Source: Candidatus Eiseniibacteriota bacterium (GTDB taxonomy: Bacteria; Eisenbacteria; RBG-16-71-46; JAGVPR01). Taken from it: DNA of 53,484 nt. The DNA is taken from positions 1-53,484 of the forward strand of contig JAGVPR010000320.1 in NCBI GenBank assembly GCA_020052115.1, written 5' to 3'. How positions within the stretch are numbered: the stretch's first letter is position 1; each line of letters starts with the position of its first letter. The position numbers were made by a program, and so were the translations under genes. Below, piece by piece: positions 1 to 9,100 of the stretch. Below the pieces are notes generated by a model. The model ran no database searches, was not told where the DNA came from, and saw only the letters and a program-made list of their open reading frames with translations.

Positions 1-428
1 AGACCGAACCGATGCGCCGCGGGCGCGGCGACGCCGTCCCTCGCCTTTCGCGCCGCCGCCAGTTGAAGCAGCGCGCGATCCACGGCCGTGAGCAGAGCTT
101 CCTTCGTGATCGGTTTCGCGAGGTACTCCACGGCGCCGGTCTTCACCGCGTCCACGGCCCCCTGGATCGTGGCGTAGCCCGTGATCAAGACGACCTCCGT
201 GTCCGTGAAGCGTTCGCGGACCATGCGGAGCAGCTCCATGCCGCTCACGTCGGGCATCTTGATGTCGGTGATGACGAGATCGAAGCGGGAGCGCTCGAGC
301 TGGGCCATCGCCTGCCTCGCGCCGGGCGCCGTCGTCACCGCGTAGCCGCGCGAACGAAGATGGCGGCCGAGGATGTCCAACGTGTCCGGCACATCGTCTA
401 CCAGCAGGATGCTCGCCTGATCCGGCAT
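1..428 (-). CDS. Response regulator, receiver domain (N-terminal part only; the gene runs off the left edge)
   Basis: Reverse-strand translation from the ATG at 428 reads MPDQASILLVDDVPDTLDILGRHLRSRGYAVTTAPGARQAMAQLERSRFDLVITDIKMPDVSGMELL...VVLITGYATIQGAVDAVKTGAVEYLAKP. This is a canonical CheY-like receiver. It starts 11 nt after the kinase stop. It is absent from the ORF track because there is no stop codon in the window. Confidence 0.85.
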   Translation of the reverse strand, partial: MPDQASILLVDDVPDTLDILGRHLRSRGYAVTTAPGARQAMAQLERSRFDLVITDIKMPDVSGMELLRMVRERFTDTEVVLITGYATIQGAVDAVKTGAVEYLAKPITKEALLTAVDRALLQLAAARKARDGVAAPAAHRFG

Positions 429-439
429 GCGCTCCTCGC

Positions 440-1600
440 TCAAGGTCCCGTGGATTCGGCCGGGAAGGCCGCCGTGATCGTCGTCCCACGGCCTGGGGCG
501 CTCTCCACCTGCACGCTCCCGCCGTGGGCCGTCACGATACCATGGACAACGGAAAGGCCGAGCCCGGTCCCCTGACCGACCGCCTTGGTGGTGAAGAACG
601 GCGTGAAGACATGCCGCTGCACCTCGTCGGACATACCCTCTCCGTTGTCTTCGACCGAGAGGAGTACCTCGCTCTCGCGCTCGAGCAGCGTCACGCGGAG
701 ACTGCCGCCGCGGGGCATCGCCTGCAGGGAGTTCACGCAGAGGTTGATGATCACCTGCTGCAACTGGCCCTCGTCGCCGGAGATCGCAGGGAGGTCCTTC
801 GCGACCCGGAGCACCGGCCTCACCCGCGCCTGCATGAAGCGCGCGCCGAGCATCGTCAGCGCGTCGCGCGCGACCGCGTCGAGCTTCACCGGGCGCTTCT
901 GAATCGGCTGTTCCCGCGCGAAGACGAGCAGATTCCGGACGATGTCGCGCGCGCGAAGCGACGCCAGGATGATCCGTTCAACCTCGGCCGAGCACTGGTC
1001 GGGCAGGCCGAATCCGTCACGGACGATCTCGGCGTAACCGAGGATGGCCGAAAGCGGCTCGTTCAGCTCGTGCGCGACGCCGGCCGCGAGCTGGCCCACG
1101 GTGGCCAGGCGATCGGCGCGGCGCAACTGTTCCTCGAACCGGATCTTTTCGCGCTCGGCTTCCTTCCGTTGAACGAGGAGACCCACCTGGCGAGCCACCT
1201 CCTGGACGAGACTGCGCTCCTCCTTGAGGAACGGCCCTTCGTCCCAATCCGGGCGGGCTTCCAAGTAGAAGACGTCCACCGATCCGCGCCGCTCGCCGAA
1301 GACCTGCACATCCGCCTGTTGCTGGAACGGACCCTCGCGAAAACCCGCCGAGGGGAAGACCTCTCCGTCGAGGACGATCCTGGCCGCGGTCACCTCGGGG
1401 TACTGCCAGGCGGGAGGGAGCAACTCCGCGATCTTCGGGAGGACCTCCTCGAGCGACTGGGAGGGCTGATCCGCAACCTGAGCGATCCCGTAGAGACAGG
1501 TGAGCTCCTTCACCCGCTCCCTCAGCGCCCACTCCGCCCTGCTGGATGCTTCCATGACGACCCTCGTCCGCGACGATGCGACCGGGCGATTCGAATTCAC
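440..1600 (-). CDS. Sensor histidine kinase (cytoplasmic sensory domain + HisKA + HATPase_c)
   Basis: H-box AAGVAHELNEPLSAILGYAE. The C-terminal ATPase has an N-box (LQQVIINLCVNSLQAM) and G-boxes (DNGEGM, GTGLGLS). There is no TM segment. The start could instead be the internal Met of MEASS. Confidence 0.9.
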   Translation of the reverse strand: MNSNRPVASSRTRVVMEASSRAEWALRERVKELTCLYGIAQVADQPSQSLEEVLPKIAELLPPAWQYPEVTAARIVLDGEVFPSAGFREGPFQQQADVQVFGERRGSVDVFYLEARPDWDEGPFLKEERSLVQEVARQVGLLVQRKEAEREKIRFEEQLRRADRLATVGQLAAGVAHELNEPLSAILGYAEIVRDGFGLPDQCSAEVERIILASLRARDIVRNLLVFAREQPIQKRPVKLDAVARDALTMLGARFMQARVRPVLRVAKDLPAISGDEGQLQQVIINLCVNSLQAMPRGGSLRVTLLERESEVLLSVEDNGEGMSDEVQRHVFTPFFTTKAVGQGTGLGLSVVHGIVTAHGGSVQVESAPGRGTTITAAFPAESTGP

Positions 1601-1644
1601 GACACCGGCCCGGTACCGTTAGGGGACCCGGCCGGTGGTCGCGC

Positions 1645-2859
1645 TCAGAAGATCTCGGGACACCACGGAGCGCGGCCGCATGTGAAGAGCGCATCGGCCC
1701 GGGCCAGAGCCCCGGCCCGCAACGCCTCGACCCGCCCCGCCTCCGCGAGCTGGGCGAAACTGAAACCGCCGAGATAGACCGAGCCCAGGGAGGCGGCTTC
1801 GAGCGCGATATCGGCCTCCGCATTCGTTCGCTCCACCAAGCCCCGGCCCACTCGATAGCGACCCTCATTCCACGGGCAGAACACGTCGGTCACATCGAGC
1901 ACGACCGGATCGCCGGCGCCGATCGTGCGCGAGGCGAGCGCGGCGGGCAGATCAACGAGCCGCACCCAGAGCGCATCGGCCAGCCGGAAGCGCATGGCGC
2001 GCGGGCGGGCGAGCAGGAAGAAAAGCGGATGGTCCACAGGAAGCTGGCCGGCCTTCAAGCGACCGATCCAGTCCACATCGAAGAGAAACCGCCAGATCTC
2101 GCGCGTGGCCTCGGGGGTCGTACCGATCGCCTCGAGGACGCTCAGGAAGCCGGTGGAGATCCCAGCCTCCAACGACTGGTGCATGCGATAGAGCGCATAG
2201 CCTTCAGGCTTTCCGTCAATCGTCAGCAGAACACGGTTCAGCAGGCCGCCGCCCTGGCGCCGGTTCTCCGGGTCCGCCAGCCTTCTGTATTTCCACCAGT
2301 TCTCCGTTCGCGCGAACATACCGGGGTACTCGCGACGCACGCGATCGTAGACCTGCGAGAACGGCTCGAACGCTTCCTCATCTTCGACCATCCGGGTCTC
2401 GGCCTCAGGCTCGAAGGGCCGGAGGAAGGCGTTGGATGATCTCGGCAGCTCGATCTCGCCGCTCAATGAGGCCAATCCGTAGCCGAAGCGTCCGTAGATC
2501 GTCTCCTCCGATGCCCAAAGGTAGGCGACCGGCTCGCCCCGTTCGTGCACGTCATCGAGCTGGGCGCGCATCATCGCGCTCAAGATCCCCCTGCGCCGGT
2601 GCGTCGGGAGAACCCCGACGACGGTCACGCCGGCCGCCTTCACGGTCCCGCCCGGAACCGTCAGCTCGAAGGTGAAGGCGCCGGCGCCGCCGACGATCGT
2701 CCCGTTTTCCTTTGCGGCATGCATGCGGCCGACATCAAGGTTGCGCGAAGCGCGCTCGGTGTCCTCTATCGTCGCTCTTCCGCCGAAGTAGTGCCAGATC
2801 GGCCCGAGCGCGACGGCCATTTCCTCGATGGATGAGCATGGAGCCACGGTGATCGGCAT
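1645..2859 (-). CDS. GNAT N-acetyltransferase, Eis-like (GNAT + SCP2-like C-terminal architecture)
   Basis: The ~400 aa length and the motif VGVLPTHRRRGILSAMMRAQL...YLWASEETIYGRFGYG are typical of the Eis family. RBS GAGGAGG lies 8 nt upstream of the ATG. Confidence 0.75.
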   Translation of the reverse strand: MPITVAPCSSIEEMAVALGPIWHYFGGRATIEDTERASRNLDVGRMHAAKENGTIVGGAGAFTFELTVPGGTVKAAGVTVVGVLPTHRRRGILSAMMRAQLDDVHERGEPVAYLWASEETIYGRFGYGLASLSGEIELPRSSNAFLRPFEPEAETRMVEDEEAFEPFSQVYDRVRREYPGMFARTENWWKYRRLADPENRRQGGGLLNRVLLTIDGKPEGYALYRMHQSLEAGISTGFLSVLEAIGTTPEATREIWRFLFDVDWIGRLKAGQLPVDHPLFFLLARPRAMRFRLADALWVRLVDLPAALASRTIGAGDPVVLDVTDVFCPWNEGRYRVGRGLVERTNAEADIALEAASLGSVYLGGFSFAQLAEAGRVEALRAGALARADALFTCGRAPWCPEIF

Positions 2860-2923
2860 TTAGGGATCCTCCTCGCCGCGGAGTTTAGCAGAGGGCGCCC
2901 AGTGGATCGTGCGAGCCGGGCTC

Positions 2924-3838
2924 TTAGCCCCGACCTTCGTGCTTCAGAAACGTCCCCCGCTGGAGTTCCTCGAAGGCCAGCCGGAGTTCCTGCTGCGTGT
3001 TCATCACGATCGGGCCGTACCACGCGACGGGCTCCTCGAGCGGCTTCCCGGAGACGAGCAAGAAACGGATCCCCTGTTCCCCGGCCTCGACCGTGACCTC
3101 GTCGCCGCGGTCGAAGAGCACGAGCGAGCGATTATCCGCGAGCGCGGGAGGCTCCATGTCCCACCACCCCACGCCTTCCGTCGGCACCGCGAGAGGACCC
3201 GACGCGTTGCAGAACTTCCCGGAGCCCGCGAAGACGTACGCGAAGGCGTGGCGCGTCGTCTCGACCGGCAGCGTTCTCCGCTTGCCCGGCGGGACCGAGA
3301 CATCCAAGTAGATCGGATCGGCCGCAACTCCGTCCACCGGGCCGGCCGTCCCCCAGAACTTGCCGCAGACGACGCGAACCGCGGTTCCGTCGTCCTCGGT
3401 GACCTCGGGGATGTCCGGGGATTTCACTTCCTGGTAGCGGGGCGCCGTCATCTTGAGCGACGAGGGGAGGTTCGCCCAGAGCTGGAATCCGTGCATCCGG
3501 CCGTCGCGATCGCCCTTCGGCATCTCCTGATGGATGATCCCGCTCCCGGCCGTCATCCACTGGACGTCGCCCGCGCCGATGGTGCCCTGGTTCCCGATGC
3601 TGTCGCCGTGGTCCACGGTTCCGGCGAGGACATATGTGATCGTTTCGATTCCGCGGTGGGGGTGCCACGGGAATCCGGCGAGATAATCCTCCGGCCGGTC
3701 GTTGCGAAGGTCGTCGAGAAGAAGGAACGGATCGAAGTCGGTCGGGTTGTCGAATCCGAAGGCGCGGCGAAGGCGAACCCCCGCGCCCTCCAGGGCCGGC
3801 TTGGCCTTGATGAGCCGTTTGACGGGACGGATGGACAT
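2924..3838 (-). CDS. Pirin-family cupin protein
   Basis: Taken from the internal Met (MSIRPVKR...). Pirin signature FPWHPHRGIETITYVLAGTVDHGDS...QWMTAGSGIIHQE. The longer 360-aa ORF would overlap the upstream gene. Confidence 0.9.
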   Translation of the reverse strand: MSIRPVKRLIKAKPALEGAGVRLRRAFGFDNPTDFDPFLLLDDLRNDRPEDYLAGFPWHPHRGIETITYVLAGTVDHGDSIGNQGTIGAGDVQWMTAGSGIIHQEMPKGDRDGRMHGFQLWANLPSSLKMTAPRYQEVKSPDIPEVTEDDGTAVRVVCGKFWGTAGPVDGVAADPIYLDVSVPPGKRRTLPVETTRHAFAYVFAGSGKFCNASGPLAVPTEGVGWWDMEPPALADNRSLVLFDRGDEVTVEAGEQGIRFLLVSGKPLEEPVAWYGPIVMNTQQELRLAFEELQRGTFLKHEGRG

Positions 3839-3840
3839 GT

Positions 3841-5268
3841 TTACCTCGGTGCGTCGTGCGGGAGGCTTCCCCGGGGGGATCGCAGATAGACGTACGGCGT
3901 GGAATGAAGGAGGTTCGACACGCGCGACGTGTAGATGTCGGCGTACCGCTCGATCTGATGCGCCAGGTGGCTCTTGTCGTTTCCCGCGCGCATGAGCGGG
4001 CCCCACGTCGGATGGCCGAGCGTGCTCGACGCCTTCGCGAGCGGGCCGATCCTGAGATCGAGAAGCTCCACCTCGCGCCGGAGCTCTGCGGCCCGCTCGG
4101 TCAGCGATTCATCGTCATCTCCGGGCGCCGAACCGTAGCCGTGCCGGAGGCGCTGCAGCTCCAATCGCACCCAACACGCCCGGGCTTCCAGATCCTCTTT
4201 CTGGTCCATGAGTGAGACGAGCTCGCGCTCGGTCTCTCGAAACGCCTCGACGGAGCCGATCTCCTCCTCGAGTTCGCGGAGGATCAGCGCCGTGCGCCAT
4301 CGAAGGACGTTCTTCGTCACGTGAACGTCGCCGAACATGTGATCGCCGACGTAGAGGATTTCGTCCCCGGACAGGCCCAGATGCGTCTCGACCTGCAAGG
4401 CGCTGCCGCCGAGGTAGATCTTCTTCTCCTCGAGCGCGCCGGTCACCGGCATGAGGAGGCCGTCCTCGGAAACGACTTCGAAGATCGGGCTCGACGTGGA
4501 GAAGAACTGCGGCTTCCTGGCGCTGACGATGATGACGTCGAACAGCCCGCGCCACGACATCCCCTGCGGCAAGTACCGGTCGAACGCGTAGCTCATCATC
4601 GCGGCCGTGTACGGCCACTCCGAGTTCGTGATGAGCAGGATCTTCTTCCCGGAGTGGTGCTGATCCAGAAGGGCCAGAGCCACCTCGGGATCGAGGATCA
4701 CGAACCGCTTCGGGTCGGCGACGATCTCGGTCTTGAGCTGTCCCTCCATGTGCGCCGCGTCCAGCACGCGCTTCACTCGAGCGTACAGATCCGCGTATCC
4801 GAGGATCTCGGGGATCGCCTGCTGATCGAGGAGATCCACCAGCTGGGCGTACATGCACCCTTCCGAGAGCGAAAACAGGGTGTTGAGGAAGATCCACCGT
4901 GGCTCCGCGAGATCCACCATCGTGCGCGAGTACATCAAGCGCTGAGCGTCGAACTCCATGAGCTTCGTCCCGTGGGCGGCGCGCTTGACGAACCCGAAAC
5001 GGTTCGCCTTCAGGAGATTGCCCTGCTCGACATCAATGATCAGCCCCCGGCAGACCATCCCCGGATCGAACTTCAGGTGGTCGATCGGCCAGCCCGCCCC
5101 GAGCAGGCTGTTCTTCAGGTGGGCGTAAGCGCGGCGTTCCCACTCCTCGGCCCGATAGTGGATGAGGGTGTAATCCATGTCGTAACCGATCGCTCGGATG
5201 GCCCGGAGGTTCAGGGTCCGGTTGCAGAAGACCCCGCGGGCCTTTGGGATCGCGCTCGAACGAGGCAT
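3841..5268 (-). CDS. HAD-superfamily (subfamily IG) 5'-nucleotidase
   Basis: FCNRTLNLRAIRAIGYDMDYTLIHY (DxDxT nucleophile motif), later LLITNSEW and YVGDHMFGDV. The start is placed at MPRSSAIP (5268); the upstream 26 codons look non-coding. Confidence 0.85.
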   Translation of the reverse strand: MPRSSAIPKARGVFCNRTLNLRAIRAIGYDMDYTLIHYRAEEWERRAYAHLKNSLLGAGWPIDHLKFDPGMVCRGLIIDVEQGNLLKANRFGFVKRAAHGTKLMEFDAQRLMYSRTMVDLAEPRWIFLNTLFSLSEGCMYAQLVDLLDQQAIPEILGYADLYARVKRVLDAAHMEGQLKTEIVADPKRFVILDPEVALALLDQHHSGKKILLITNSEWPYTAAMMSYAFDRYLPQGMSWRGLFDVIIVSARKPQFFSTSSPIFEVVSEDGLLMPVTGALEEKKIYLGGSALQVETHLGLSGDEILYVGDHMFGDVHVTKNVLRWRTALILRELEEEIGSVEAFRETERELVSLMDQKEDLEARACWVRLELQRLRHGYGSAPGDDDESLTERAAELRREVELLDLRIGPLAKASSTLGHPTWGPLMRAGNDKSHLAHQIERYADIYTSRVSNLLHSTPYVYLRSPRGSLPHDAPR

Positions 5269-5275
5269 GGAGGGG

Positions 5276-5281
5276 ATTATA
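5276..5281 (-). promoter_or_regulatory. Candidate -10 box (TATAAT) exactly 7 nt upstream of the 5'-nucleotidase ATG; possible leaderless transcript
   Basis: The reverse strand reads ...ggcgTATAATcccctccATG. It is a perfect hexamer in a ~68% GC context. There is no SD and no convincing -35. Confidence 0.3.
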
Positions 5282-5536
5282 CGCCGAGAAGGGGGCGGCG
5301 GGTCCTCGACGATAACCGCGGCCGGGCGCCGCGGGAGGCGGGGCAAGACGGGATTTCCTGGGGTATTTTCCCCATTCGCTACGTCAACCTCGGCGCGCGT
5401 TGATCACGGCCGAACGGGAATGATACAATTGTGGTGTTTCGGGGTTTCCCGTCCGAATCTTGCGCCGCGCCGAGCGTTGCTCGCCGCGGAGACCGCCGAC
5501 GTGACATCCCTCCACACACAGCCATGGGAGAGCACC

Positions 5537-8500
5537 ATGCGGACTCGCCGTCTTCCCTTCGTCTTCGGCATCGCTGCGATCGGTGTTCTCCTCCCGCTCG
5601 CCGTCGTTCTCTTCCGGCCGGCGCACGACTCCAAGCTCGACCCGTACCGCAGCGAGCTGACCAGGCTCGAGCGATGGAAGGCGCACGCGCGCCCCGGTTC
5701 CGCGCAGGCGTTCAAGCTGCAGCAGAAGATTGATCGGATCGAGGCGTACGCCGAGGGGAAGCCGCAGTTCGACAACCCCGGGGAATTCGCGCGCCTCTTG
5801 GCCGAGATGAAGATACCCAGCGATCGAACCGCGCCCGAGTACGCGTTGGGGTACCAGAAGAGAGAGCTCGACAGCGCGCTCGGCCGGCGGGCCGGGAAGG
5901 CCTCGGAGATCCTCCCGTGGGTGAGCCGCGGCCCGGGCAATGTCGGCGGGCGCGCGCGCGGCATCGTGGTGGACCCCGATGATCCCACCGAGCAGACCTG
6001 GTTCATCGGCAGCGTCGGCGGCGGGGTCTGGAAGACGACGAACGCCGGGGCCGGCTGGACGTGGCTCACGGCGGACTTCCCCGTCCTCTCGACGTCGGCC
6101 ATCGCGATGGCCCCGTCGAACCACGATGTGCTCTACGTCGGCACCGGCGAGAGCTTCTACAACGTTGACACCATCAACGGCAACGGCATCCTGAGGTCCC
6201 TGGATCGCGGGCTCACCTGGACCCATCTCGCTTCGACCGTGGACGATCCCGCCTTCAACAACATCGCCCGGATCCTCGTGGATCCCGCTGATGAGGACGT
6301 CGTGATCGTCGCGGCCACGCGCGGGCGGTACAAGGAGTTCCTGAACCAGCGGTCGAGCATCTTCAAGTCAACGGATGGCGGCGCCAACTGGATCGAGGTC
6401 TTCGCGAGCACGGCGATCGGATCGCTCAGCCGCGTGAAGAAGCTCCAGCAACTCGTCGCCGATCCGACCGACTTCAACATTCTCTACGCGACGGTGGACG
6501 AGGCCGGCATCCTCAAGTCCACGAACCGTGGAGACACCTGGACCTTCATCAATACCGGCATCACGGACTTCACCGGCCGCTTCGAGATGGCGGTCTCGCC
6601 CGTGGACCACAACCGCCTCTACGCCGCAGCCGAGGGCGCGGCCCACTCCGAGCTTTGGATCTCGAGCAACGCCGGAGCGAGCTGGTCGAGAACGACGGCG
6701 AGCGGCTCCGAGCCGAACTGGCTCGGCGCTCAGGGGTGGTACGACAATACGATCGTCTGCCATCCGACGGATCCGAACATCGTGTACGTCGGCGGAATCC
6801 GACTCTGGAGGCTCACCCTGAGCGGCACGTCCCGCAGCGCCACCAACCTGAACGCGCCGGTCCACGTGGATCATCACGGGCTCGCGGTGGTTGATGCGCC
6901 GGGCGGAGGATGGCGGCTGCTCAACACGAGCGACGGCGGCGTGGCCGTATCCACGACCACCGACGCGGGCTTCAGCCAGGTCATAGACGGACTGGTCACG
7001 ACTCAGTTCTACGGCATTGACAAGCGGCCCGGGGGAAGCGCGTACGTCGGGGGGACGCAGGACAACGGAACGTGGCTGTCCCCTCTCGATCCCGATGCTC
7101 TCGCCGGGTGGCAGTCGGTGATCGGCGGCGACGGCTACGAGACATCGTGGCACTTCGACGATCCGCTGAAGATCATCGGCGGCTATCAGTACAACGGCCT
7201 CGAGCGCTCCCTCGACGGCGGGCAGACCTGGACCTCGGCCGTGACGAGCGTCAGCCCCCCGGGGACGATTGACACCGGTTCCGCCAACGCTCCTTTCATC
7301 ACGAAGATCGCGAAGACCCCCGCGAACCCTGAACGCCTCTTCGCCGTCGGAAGGCGCGGCGTGTGGCGATCGAACGACTTCGGCGGCACGTGGTCGCTCT
7401 CTTCCATCGCCTCCGGCGATTGGGGCGCGATCAGCTCGTTCCATTGCGTTCGCATCTCCCGCGCGGACCCGAACGTGATCTACGGGGGCGCGAGGATGGA
7501 TGGGAGCGGGAAGATGCATCGCTCGATTGACGGCGGCGTCACCTTCACGATGATGCCCAACTACACGACCGTCGCGATGGGCGGGATCTCCGGGCTCGCC
7601 ACACACCCGACGGACCCCAACACCGCGTACGTCCTCTTCGGCTTCGCCGAGAGGCCCAAGATCCTCCGGACGGTCAACGGAGGGACCACCTGGCAGGACA
7701 TCACCGGCTTCGAATCGAGCCCGGTCAGCACGAATGGGTTCCCCGACGTGGCCGTGTACGACCTCGTGGTCTTCTCGAACGACACGAACAAATTGTGGGC
7801 CGCGACCGAAATCGGGATCGTGGAATCACTGGATGGCGGAGCCACGTGGGCCATCGCCGACAACGGCCTGCCGCACGTCGCCGTCTGGCTCTTGACAGAG
7901 GTCGAGGACGAGATCGTGGCCGGCACGCACGGTCGCGGGGTCTGGAGCGTGACGATGCCGGATCTCATCGCCGGCAAGACGTTCAAGCCCCTGATTGACC
8001 AGCTCTACCAGGGCCCGGACGGCTTCCTGTCCGTCGAGCTCAATCTCCGCACCGAGTACGACTCGACCCAGGTGTGGGTGGACGGCGTCCATTCCTCGAC
8101 GCTGCCGGCGAACACCGCCCGCCAGCATGAGGTCGTGCAGATCCCGGTGATCGCGGCGGGCACGAAGTCGGTCTTCGCCCGCGCGTATGCCGGCGGCAAC
8201 CCGTACGACTCGGTGACGAGGTCGGTCAGCGTGTACCAGCCCAAGCCGCCGGTCTTCGTCTACGTGAACGACTTCGAGACCCCGAACGACGACTTCGCCG
8301 GATCCCTCCTCGACATCGGCACCGAGTCCGGCTTCACCGGAAGCGCCATCCACTCGCCGCATCCTTACGACGACTCGACCAATCCCATCACCATTCTCAC
8401 GGTGCCGATCCGGGTCGCCCAGAGCAACGCCCTCATCGAGTTCGATGAACTGGCTCTCGTCGAGCCGGGCGATTCCGGGACGGTGTTCGGGGACCCCAAC

Positions 8501-9079
8501 TTCTGGGATTACGTCATCGTCGAGGGCAGCACGGACGGGCTCACTTGGGTGCCCCTCGCGCCCGGCTGGGATTGCCGCGCGTACCCTGAATGGGAGACGG
8601 CCTACAACACGAACAGCCCGAGCCCGACGCTCCTGCGGCGTCGGAGCATCAATCTCCTCGACACGTTCTCCTGGAACGAGACCATCCTGATCCGCTTCCG
8701 CCTCTACGCGGACAGCGCCGTGAACGGCTGGGGCTGGATCGTGGACAACCTCGAGATCCAGGTCGGGAGCACGACCGCGGCTCCGAACGGAGCGCCGCCT
8801 GTGGCCCTGGCGCTGCAGCAAAACGTCCCCAATCCGCTTCGAACCGGAACGGCGATCCGGTTCACGCTCCCGAGCAGCGGAAAGGTGAACTTGAGGATCT
8901 TCGATGCTCGAGGCCGGCTCGTTCGCAGCCTCCTCTCGGAGAATCGGAACGCGGGCGCCCATGAGATCCGGTGGGACGGGAGAGACTCCGGCGGCGCCGA
9001 AGTCGCCGGAGGGATCTACTTCTACCGGCTCGAGGCCGGAGACAAGGTGCTGCGGAGGAAGCTGACCGTCCTGCATTGA
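5537..9079 (+). CDS. Large secreted/anchored BNR (sortilin/VPS10-like) beta-propeller protein with a FlgD-Ig-like C-terminal domain
   Basis: The start is set at MRTRRLPFVFGIAAIGVLLPLAVVLF (signal/anchor). There are many S-x-D-x-G-x-T-W type BNR repeats (STDGGANW, STNRGDTW, SLDGGQTW, SNDFGGTW, SIDGGVTF, TVNGGTTW, SLDGGATW). The C-terminus reads VPNPLRTGTAIRFTLP...GGIYFYRLEAGDKVLRRKLTVLH. Confidence 0.85.
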   Translation: MRTRRLPFVFGIAAIGVLLPLAVVLFRPAHDSKLDPYRSELTRLERWKAHARPGSAQAFKLQQKIDRIEAYAEGKPQFDNPGEFARLLAEMKIPSDRTAPEYALGYQKRELDSALGRRAGKASEILPWVSRGPGNVGGRARGIVVDPDDPTEQTWFIGSVGGGVWKTTNAGAGWTWLTADFPVLSTSAIAMAPSNHDVLYVGTGESFYNVDTINGNGILRSLDRGLTWTHLASTVDDPAFNNIARILVDPADEDVVIVAATRGRYKEFLNQRSSIFKSTDGGANWIEVFASTAIGSLSRVKKLQQLVADPTDFNILYATVDEAGILKSTNRGDTWTFINTGITDFTGRFEMAVSPVDHNRLYAAAEGAAHSELWISSNAGASWSRTTASGSEPNWLGAQGWYDNTIVCHPTDPNIVYVGGIRLWRLTLSGTSRSATNLNAPVHVDHHGLAVVDAPGGGWRLLNTSDGGVAVSTTTDAGFSQVIDGLVTTQFYGIDKRPGGSAYVGGTQDNGTWLSPLDPDALAGWQSVIGGDGYETSWHFDDPLKIIGGYQYNGLERSLDGGQTWTSAVTSVSPPGTIDTGSANAPFITKIAKTPANPERLFAVGRRGVWRSNDFGGTWSLSSIASGDWGAISSFHCVRISRADPNVIYGGARMDGSGKMHRSIDGGVTFTMMPNYTTVAMGGISGLATHPTDPNTAYVLFGFAERPKILRTVNGGTTWQDITGFESSPVSTNGFPDVAVYDLVVFSNDTNKLWAATEIGIVESLDGGATWAIADNGLPHVAVWLLTEVEDEIVAGTHGRGVWSVTMPDLIAGKTFKPLIDQLYQGPDGFLSVELNLRTEYDSTQVWVDGVHSSTLPANTARQHEVVQIPVIAAGTKSVFARAYAGGNPYDSVTRSVSVYQPKPPVFVYVNDFETPNDDFAGSLLDIGTESGFTGSAIHSPHPYDDSTNPITILTVPIRVAQSNALIEFDELALVEPGDSGTVFGDPNFWDYVIVEGSTDGLTWVPLAPGWDCRAYPEWETAYNTNSPSPTLLRRRSINLLDTFSWNETILIRFRLYADSAVNGWGWIVDNLEIQVGSTTAAPNGAPPVALALQQNVPNPLRTGTAIRFTLPSSGKVNLRIFDARGRLVRSLLSENRNAGAHEIRWDGRDSGGAEVAGGIYFYRLEAGDKVLRRKLTVLH

Positions 9080-9100
9080 TGCGGGTCGAGGCGCGCCCCG

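Noticed and set aside
12-575. 187-aa plus-strand ORF at the left edge.
   Set aside because: It is antisense to a textbook CheY-like receiver domain read from the ATG at 428 on the minus strand. The plus-frame product is Arg/Ala-rich with no recognisable motif.
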